In this document: positions 57,615 to 64,000 of the stretch, piece by piece
Numbering within the stretch: the stretch's first letter is position 1
Layout of the letters: every line of letters starts with the position of its first letter
Source of the DNA: Candidatus Thorarchaeota archaeon
GTDB taxonomy: Archaea; Asgardarchaeota; Thorarchaeia; Thorarchaeales; Thorarchaeaceae
Direction of reading: 5' to 3'
Assembly: GCA_019057475.1 (NCBI GenBank)
Contig: DXJO01000006.1
Span: forward strand, 64,001-128,000
DNA: 64,000 bases
Position numbers and translations under genes: made by a program
Notes under the pieces: model-generated
Told to the model about the DNA's origin: nothing
What the model saw: only the letters and a program-made list of their open reading frames with translations
The model's database searches: none

Positions 57615-58802
57615 TCAAAGATTCGTAGCAAATCCCTTGCCAAAATCAATGCATCTCTCAAAGGATTCTCTATCGGGATTCCAGAGTTCGCGGAGTCCGT
57701 CCCCTATGATTTTAAAGCCGCTTTCCTTTAGCAGTTCAGTGATCATTTTCACTCCTTCTCCAGACCAACCATAGGAACCAAAAGATGCAGCAGATTTTCC
57801 TTTAAAACGAAGGCCTCGAATCTCCTCAAGAATTCCCGCTACTGAAGATAGTATCCCGTTGTTGATGGTAGAGGAGCCAACAAGAATCGCTTTAGACTTG
57901 AAGACCTCCTTGATGATATCGTTTTTGTCAGCTCTGGCAGAGCTGAATAGTTTAACAACTATCTTTTCATCAGCAGATTTAATCCCTTCAGCTATGCTTT
58001 CGGCCATTCTTCTAGTACTATTCCACATGGTATCATAGATAATTGTGATTTGATTCTCTTGATAATCACCAGCCCACTCGACGTACTTGTTGACGATTTG
58101 TAGTGGATCGTTTCGCCATATCACGCCATGACTAGTACAGATAAAGTCCACAGGAAGCTTGAGTCCAACGACCTCCTCGATTTTTTTAATCACTTGTTTG
58201 CTGAAGGGCGTTAGAATATTGGCATAGTATTTGATACATTCATCATAGAGCTCATACTGGTCAACCAAGTCATTGTACATGGCTTCCGAGGCATAATGTT
58301 GACCAAAAGCGTCGTTAGAGAAGAGGATGTTATCTCCAGTCAGATAACAAAACATGTTATCAGGCCAATGAAGCATGGGCGCACTCACAAAAACAAGCTC
58401 TCGCGAACCAAGACTTAGCTTGTCGCCTGTCTTGACCAATCGAAAGTCCCAATCCTTGTGATAGTACCCCCTGAGAAACTTCTCTGCTTGTGCTGTACAA
58501 TAGATGGGTGTGTCCGGAATTACATCCATTAGTGCTGGCAATGCACCACTGTGATCCGGCTCGGAATGATTGGCAATTATGAAATCTATCTCATCCAGCG
58601 GAACAACATCAGAGAGTCCGTCGACGAACTCCTTGCTAAAAGGTGTCCAAACTGTATCAATCAAAGCTGTGTGGGTATCCTTAACCAAATAGGAATTATA
58701 AGTTGTGCCTTTATGGGCAGAGTATTCTTCACCATGAAACTTTCGAAGTTCCCAGTCTACCTTGCCTACCCAAAAGACGTTGTTTCTGATTTCAAAATTC
58801 AT
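57615..58802 (-). CDS. fprA: flavodiiron protein (FprA, O2/NO reductase)
   Basis: GTTYNSYL, HSEPDHS, HWPD, SNDAFG and SHG diiron ligands; flavodoxin YDTMWNST and FGSYGWSG. Start MNFEIR at 58802. Confidence 0.93.
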   Translation of the reverse strand: MNFEIRNNVFWVGKVDWELRKFHGEEYSAHKGTTYNSYLVKDTHTALIDTVWTPFSKEFVDGLSDVVPLDEIDFIIANHSEPDHSGALPALMDVIPDTPIYCTAQAEKFLRGYYHKDWDFRLVKTGDKLSLGSRELVFVSAPMLHWPDNMFCYLTGDNILFSNDAFGQHYASEAMYNDLVDQYELYDECIKYYANILTPFSKQVIKKIEEVVGLKLPVDFICTSHGVIWRNDPLQIVNKYVEWAGDYQENQITIIYDTMWNSTRRMAESIAEGIKSADEKIVVKLFSSARADKNDIIKEVFKSKAILVGSSTINNGILSSVAGILEEIRGLRFKGKSAASFGSYGWSGEGVKMITELLKESGFKIIGDGLRELWNPDRESFERCIDFGKGFATNL

Positions 58803-58955
58803 TCCACGTACCCCTTCTATTGCTCTGTTCGACTGCTCTAGGCTTCTTTCTACATCCCTGCTAATAGTTCTATTGAATTGGATGAGTACAAGGAGTACAG
58901 AGAGATGCAATAGCAAGCATCTTAATATGGCAGATAATCAGTATCTCGCCCTGAG

Positions 58956-59360
58956 GTGTCTGAACTGGGAACAATAGATCATGTTGCCTCTCTACTAGAA
59001 TCACTTGACATCAAATTCACTCGTGAAGAAAATGTGCTAATGATGCGTTGGAGCACGGAGCACATCAAGAACCTCAAGGTCAGGATTGCCACCAACGAAG
59101 ATGAATCGTGGGTCTATATCGTTTATCCCTTTGCCAACTACAACGACGTAGATGAAAGCAAACGAGCGAAGCTAGCTTACGACATGCTTAGGGCTTCGTG
59201 GGAGGCCAATGGAGTCAAGTTCGCGATAGATGACGACGACGATATCATCCTCCTCGCCGAAACAAATGATACCGACCTGAAAGCGGAAGAGATGAAGACG
59301 CTTATTGGGCACCTTGTGCACGCCTGTGATACCCTCTGGGAAATATACCCTCGACACTAA
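58956..59360 (+). CDS. YbjN/T3SS-chaperone-fold small protein
   Basis: Acidic 134-aa alpha/beta protein with ML.AS.....VKFAIDDDDDI.L pattern. Confidence 0.6.
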   Translation: MSELGTIDHVASLLESLDIKFTREENVLMMRWSTEHIKNLKVRIATNEDESWVYIVYPFANYNDVDESKRAKLAYDMLRASWEANGVKFAIDDDDDIILLAETNDTDLKAEEMKTLIGHLVHACDTLWEIYPRH

Positions 59361-59391
59361 ATAGAAGGCCAGAACTAAAACTCAAAGCAGA

Positions 59392-59943
59392 GTGGGACAA
59401 ATGAGTAACTCCCCGATTGACTCTCCAGCGCCCCATAAAAAAAGGGAGCGACTGGTTGCCATTTATCATCCCAAGAGAGGTTCTACGATCTTCAACTATG
59501 TCTTTGGCTTCGTGGTCTTCATTTTTGGCCTTGGGTCAAACGTCATCGCTGCCGCAGGTTTCGTGGAGTTCGGCCTCGTATCTTGGACCCTTGGTCTATT
59601 CGCTTTGGCATTTGGGTTGGTTCTGGTTCTCTGGACGGAAACTCGACGGCGACATATTTTGTACATAGTGACCACATGGAACATAAGAATTCGGACTGGA
59701 TATGTCAACAAAAAGACTGCTCGAGTCTTTTATGATGAGATAACGGAAGTTGCAACGTCTAGTGAACCAGTAGAGGAAGCTATCAATCAGGGCGATGTCG
59801 TTGTGTATTCCGTGAAATCTAAGGATGAACCAGCTCTTATCTTCGAAGGGGTTCATAATCCTCATGGCATTCGAGAAGTGATACTTAGATTCGTGGCAAC
59901 AATCCCTGAGCCACCCCCCTGGTTACACGTTCCAAGAGACTAG
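59392..59943 (+). CDS. membrane protein with bacterial PH (bPH_2) domain
   Basis: Two TMs followed by Y.VT...I.I.TG......Y.EI..V......GDV...L.F.GV.NP. Confidence 0.7.
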   Translation: MGQMSNSPIDSPAPHKKRERLVAIYHPKRGSTIFNYVFGFVVFIFGLGSNVIAAAGFVEFGLVSWTLGLFALAFGLVLVLWTETRRRHILYIVTTWNIRIRTGYVNKKTARVFYDEITEVATSSEPVEEAINQGDVVVYSVKSKDEPALIFEGVHNPHGIREVILRFVATIPEPPPWLHVPRD

Positions 59944-60070
59944 ATTTGTCGTAATTTGAAACGTATTGCAGGTTTTTATATCTGAAGAGAATACTATTCA
60001 TTATACCCTCTGAAGAGAGTATACAGAATAAGAATGCGTTTCCATAGATCTGCTAAGGAGAGTTTTAGCA

Positions 60071-60919
60071 ATGACTTTGGTCGAAATTACCTACACAACT
60101 CGTGACGGGGAATCGAAACAAGAGTCTGTGAATAGCGACTCGACTAGCATGAACCTAAGCGGCAAGGAAATCATTGAGATTGACCTTGCCCCACTCCAGA
60201 GCTGCAAGTCCCTTGTTGAACTCGATCTCTCTGCCAATTGGCTGAAGCGGGCAGAGTTAATGTCCTTAAGCTCCTTGGAGCACCTTGAGATTCTGAAGCT
60301 TGGTTCAAACGGCCTGATCACAATCGATTTAACCCCTCTCTCCGAGTGCTCCAACTTAACTCAGCTTCACCTTGAAGTTAATCAACTTCAGAGGGTCGAC
60401 ATCGCCCCACTAAGCAACTGCCAGAAGCTTGAGGAGCTGTATCTCAACTCTAACAACCTGCAGGACATCGATCTTACTCCACTGAGTGATTGTCCGAATC
60501 TGAGATTCCTTCGTCTTGACAACAACCAGCTTTACAACCTAGATCTCATGCCGTTGGGTTTCTGCATTCTACTCCAGGAATTGTTTCTTGAAAATAACCC
60601 CTTGGAGGATTTGGACCTTACGCATCTAGGCAATTGTACAGCCTTGGAAGGTCTTTGGCTACGTGGTACCTCTCTTCAGCACCTTGACTTGTCCCCGTTG
60701 TTTCCGTTAGAGGAGTTATTATGGCTTGATTTGAGTGAGAATGACATCTATCTCATTGACCTCTCTCCGCTCTACAATTTGAAGGGCCTCGAATCATTGA
60801 TGATTGATGACTCAATCGTCATTATGGTTAACCGAATTCTTGAAGACGATGAGCCTCCGAATTCCATGGCCCAATATATGGACCGCGTCTTCTATCCGAC
60901 TTACAAAGATTCCAGCTAA
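60071..60919 (+). CDS. leucine-rich-repeat protein (22-aa repeats)
   Basis: About 9 repeats of L..L.L..N.L..IDL.PL..C. Confidence 0.9.
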   Translation: MTLVEITYTTRDGESKQESVNSDSTSMNLSGKEIIEIDLAPLQSCKSLVELDLSANWLKRAELMSLSSLEHLEILKLGSNGLITIDLTPLSECSNLTQLHLEVNQLQRVDIAPLSNCQKLEELYLNSNNLQDIDLTPLSDCPNLRFLRLDNNQLYNLDLMPLGFCILLQELFLENNPLEDLDLTHLGNCTALEGLWLRGTSLQHLDLSPLFPLEELLWLDLSENDIYLIDLSPLYNLKGLESLMIDDSIVIMVNRILEDDEPPNSMAQYMDRVFYPTYKDSS

Positions 60920-60989
60920 CCGATTCTAACTTGGGAAGTACATCATATCTCCGCAATACATGCCCTAATTTGTTTACGCCCTTGAACCA

Positions 60990-61667
60990 TTGTCAGTGGT
61001 GTCAATGAGTACTCCTGAGGATATTGCCGCGAAACTAACTTTGAAGCTTGCCGGAGTTTTTCAGCAAGCTAGAAACCTCTGGGTTCGACGCATTGACTCT
61101 TATTTCTCTCAGTTGGAATCGCTAACTGATGGACAATGGCTGGACTCCTCGGACATTGCTGGGATTATCAAGGAATCAAAGCTCGCGTCGCGCGAGGCTC
61201 TCGACGGACTAAGCAACGACTTGAGTACTGAACTCATTCATGCATCCAATGGAATGCTGGTACGGCATGAGTCTGACCGAGTCATTCTCCTAAGCGAAAT
61301 TTCCAATCTTAAACTAAGCTTGGACAAGTATCTTTCCGGTGATGAAAAGGCCGCTCGGAGAGAAAACCAGAGCCTTCGAACTGCCCTCATGAAAATGCCG
61401 GAATTCCAGCTGCTGACTATTATTCAAAGCGAGCGTAGAGCATCATATGGCTGTCTTTCCGAATTGTCAGGAGCAAAGAAGGGCAAGGTGCGCAAGTTTG
61501 TTAAGGTCCTAGCAGAGAGCGGATTTTGCCATGTTGACAAGAAATCAAGGCCCCACGCAGTCATCTTTGATCTTGCCCCTTGGAATACGCGTGGTTCTCC
61601 TGGGCATCAGACATTTCGGTCTCAGAGTACTGTTTCGTTTCAGCAGGTACCACTTGGACATCTTTAG
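60990..61667 (+). CDS. coiled-coil protein with C-terminal winged helix
   Basis: Helical N-terminal region; FQLLTII...LSELSG....VRKFVKVLAESG wHTH-like segment. Confidence 0.6.
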   Translation: MSVVSMSTPEDIAAKLTLKLAGVFQQARNLWVRRIDSYFSQLESLTDGQWLDSSDIAGIIKESKLASREALDGLSNDLSTELIHASNGMLVRHESDRVILLSEISNLKLSLDKYLSGDEKAARRENQSLRTALMKMPEFQLLTIIQSERRASYGCLSELSGAKKGKVRKFVKVLAESGFCHVDKKSRPHAVIFDLAPWNTRGSPGHQTFRSQSTVSFQQVPLGHL

Positions 61668-62532
61668 CACCTAGCTGCCTAGCAATACTCTGAATACGAG
61701 GTGTTGTAAAGCCAAGCATCACTTCGTTTAGGATGACAATAGGCACGACAAAAGCCATCATTAGTAGTGGAAGCCCAATTGTCCAGAAAAGGCTAGTAAT
61801 TGCATTTAATGGAGTAAAGACTCGGCCGTCAACAAGATAGGGTCGTATGAAGAAGTGAACTATGCTTGAAAGCGGAAGTGCAATCACTGAAAACCCGCCT
61901 AGGAAATTACTGTACCATCGACCAACTCCTTCGGTATCTGGGCACGTGCGGACTTTTAGCTGTCCCTCCTTGAGATGAAGGACAATTCCCGAATCATTGA
62001 GAAGCCATGTGGGCATAAAGAACGCCAAGGACACAGGAAGGGCGATTACGGCACTTACGATTGCAAAGAGAGGAGTAATGAATGATCCAACTTCATTTGT
62101 GAGACTTGCGGGATGAATTAGAAAGTAGTCACCAAGCAGATAGATTGACAACTGACCGGAAGAAATGGCGAAGAGGGCCGGAACTGCAGCTCTTCTTAGG
62201 ATTCGATCAATCCCAAACCTGTCGCCCAATTTCACTATATTCTGTTCATATGCTGATGCCTTGAGGACTTTGTTCAGAGCCATGAAAACTGCTGTGAGCG
62301 GGAGCGCCAAGACCACGTACTCTATGAAGATAACTGGGACAATGGCAACCAAGATTGTCCAGACATCTCCCGCCATACTCTCGTGAGCGATGGCTCGGGT
62401 CAGGTCCGCTTCTGGATATGTTCGAACGATGTAACCTGCCAACGTGTTGGCTAACAACAAAGTCAGATAGATGCCTGTTGCCGCCAAGATAGCCGGTACA
62501 ATGAATCTGAGCTTTCCTTCATTCATGCACAT
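61561..62532 (-). CDS. polytopic membrane protein of unknown function
   Basis: About 6 TM segments; P.WLLNDSGIV motif. Confidence 0.65.
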   Translation of the reverse strand: MCMNEGKLRFIVPAILAATGIYLTLLLANTLAGYIVRTYPEADLTRAIAHESMAGDVWTILVAIVPVIFIEYVVLALPLTAVFMALNKVLKASAYEQNIVKLGDRFGIDRILRRAAVPALFAISSGQLSIYLLGDYFLIHPASLTNEVGSFITPLFAIVSAVIALPVSLAFFMPTWLLNDSGIVLHLKEGQLKVRTCPDTEGVGRWYSNFLGGFSVIALPLSSIVHFFIRPYLVDGRVFTPLNAITSLFWTIGLPLLMMAFVVPIVILNEVMLGFTTPRIQSIARQLGAKDVQVVPAETKQYSETEMSDAQENHAYSKGQDQR

Positions 62533-62755
62533 TCCTCAGCTCTATTTCCACAACTGGATTTGTAAGCGTATTGGTGGCCTAATCAATAATAAGGATGATT
62601 TAGAAAATGGAAGAGTCCCTTCGGTTCATCGTTAGCTCTGAGAAACGAAGGCTCTGCCTAGCTTTTTAACAATCTACTTTGAGTTGCCGTCGATCTCGAC
62701 ATCTTCAAAAAAGAGTGTAGGAATTGACAGGAGCCTGCAGACGTAACATCTTGGA

Positions 62756-64000
62756 CTACTCGTTGGTGTAGAATTCAGTGATACTGTCCTCTTCAATCTT
62801 CGAGGGGCTGTGACGAGTTCGCCATTCGTCGACCGGCACTGAGAACTTTTTCTCCACCCTTGATCTGTGAATTGTGTTCATCGTGCAGAATGGGATTATC
62901 CTGCCGTCGGGCACAGCGTAGTTAATGTCGCAGTGCTGCACACGCTCTAGATCTAAATTATAGGGGTCCTGGAAGTGCATCATTCCAATCATGATTACGT
63001 GATTCATGAAATTCGAAAGGGTCAAGTAATCGCCTGTCTTCAGGAACGCCTTCGTCAGCTGACTGAGCATGCCCCTATCCTTGACGTAACGAATACCTGC
63101 CGCAAGTTTGACCTTAGCTCTTTTGCCAGCCCCTTTCTTTTTGTCTGCATAGAGATTTGAGATGTCCACGAATAAATCGATGAACTTGTCAATATCCATC
63201 AAATCTGTAATGGGCCTGTATCTGCCATCGTCGTCGATGTAGATGAAAGTGGACATTCCGCAAGCGAAGTGTGTACAGAGTTCAAGCTGAGGGGTGTTCT
63301 GCATGAAACCCAGTCCGCGACCTAAAGGCATCATCGAGGGCACAGTGTACCATTCCGAGGCTGGTATCTGACCTCCGGTCTGTTCCTCGATTAACTTGAT
63401 GACATCGGGGATTGTGATTCGCATCTCTTTGCGCGCATCATGGTCAATCCGTCCAGTGATACTTACAGGCTGGAAGTTGACACTGCGAACCACATCTCGA
63501 TTCTCCACAGCGAACTCAATGATTTTTCCAACCTGATCATCGTTCATACCGCGAACCACTGTCGGGACCAGGATGAGAGAGAGCTCTCCAACCTCTCGAA
63601 CATTCTGTATTGCCTGCTTCTTTACGGGCAGAATGTTGATGCCTCTGGCTGCAATGTATGGCTCCGGCGTGACGCCATCGAACTGCATGTAGATCGTTGA
63701 GAGGCCCGCATCACGAAGTTCTTGCAGGTACACCTTGCTCTTGCCAATTCTAATGGCGTTGCTTGCAATCATAACATAGTTGAATCCTAGCTGCCTCGCC
63801 CATTTGATGTATTGTGGCAGGTGTTTGCTAACGGTTGGCTCTCCACCCGCAAACTGGATGGCCGGAGGATAGACCGGAAGGTTCCTTCGAAGATTTCTCA
63901 TCATCTCAAGGACTTGCTCCGGCGAGGGTTCATACACAGTGCCTTCTTCTGCAGCTACCGCAAAACAGATTGGACATCGCAAGTTGCAGCGGTTGGTGAC
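62756..64000 (-). CDS. tes: tetraether lipid synthase Tes / GDGT-MAS (MJ0619 family) radical SAM, 5'-truncated by window
   Basis: VTNRCNLRCPICFA (CxxxCxxC), PAIQFAGGEPT, YMQFDG, NFQPVS.TGR, RITIPD and MHFQD.YN.D..R...C...Y..PDGRIIPFC. Confidence 0.88.
   Translation of the reverse strand, partial: VTNRCNLRCPICFAVAAEEGTVYEPSPEQVLEMMRNLRRNLPVYPPAIQFAGGEPTVSKHLPQYIKWARQLGFNYVMIASNAIRIGKSKVYLQELRDAGLSTIYMQFDGVTPEPYIAARGINILPVKKQAIQNVREVGELSLILVPTVVRGMNDDQVGKIIEFAVENRDVVRSVNFQPVSITGRIDHDARKEMRITIPDVIKLIEEQTGGQIPASEWYTVPSMMPLGRGLGFMQNTPQLELCTHFACGMSTFIYIDDDGRYRPITDLMDIDKFIDLFVDISNLYADKKKGAGKRAKVKLAAGIRYVKDRGMLSQLTKAFLKTGDYLTLSNFMNHVIMIGMMHFQDPYNLDLERVQHCDINYAVPDGRIIPFCTMNTIHRSRVEKKFSVPVDEWRTRHSPSKIEEDSITEFYTNE

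Overview
This is gene-dense archaeal DNA, most consistent with an Asgard archaeon, probably Thorarchaeia. That assignment is inferred from a Rab-like GTPase without a prenylation tail, a 22-aa LRR protein, a selenocysteine hydrogenase with a eukaryote-type SECIS, a tetraether synthase and several orphan PAS histidine kinases. I saw no rRNA, tRNA, CRISPR array or mobile element. Main points: (1) A group 3c [NiFeSe] hydrogenase operon (mvhD/vhuD end, wHTH, vhuG, vhuA) carries a vhuU gene that the ORF track missed (2566-2718). It has an in-frame TGA in RCYDC-U-LSCGAH and a eukaryote-type SECIS whose core ATGA is the gene's own stop codon. (2) An unannotated ~165-nt five-way-junction RNA (37668-37832, minus strand) starts at the predicted TSS of a flotillin-like gene and has a competing RBS-sequestering hairpin. 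A leader with similar architecture precedes the SSB gene. (3) A ~14-kb catabolic island (39014-53145) combines an ECF importer, a GlcD/split-GlcF-like oxidoreductase, two PLP aminotransferases, a deiminase/amidinotransferase, a transcarbamylase lacking the conserved ornithine-binding Asp, a corrinoid protein and two MtaA-like methyltransferases. This suggests an undescribed pathway for a methylated guanidino compound. (4) Other notable genes include a His kinase with a C-terminal CxxC thioredoxin domain, a His/Asp/Glu tetrad-repeat NfeD-like protein, an SSB with a YGG/RGG tail, a stand-alone EutA, DinB, H+-PPase, a Zn/Cd ATPase with ArsR and its operator, FprA and Tes. All calls come from reading motifs by eye; no database searches or folding programs were run.
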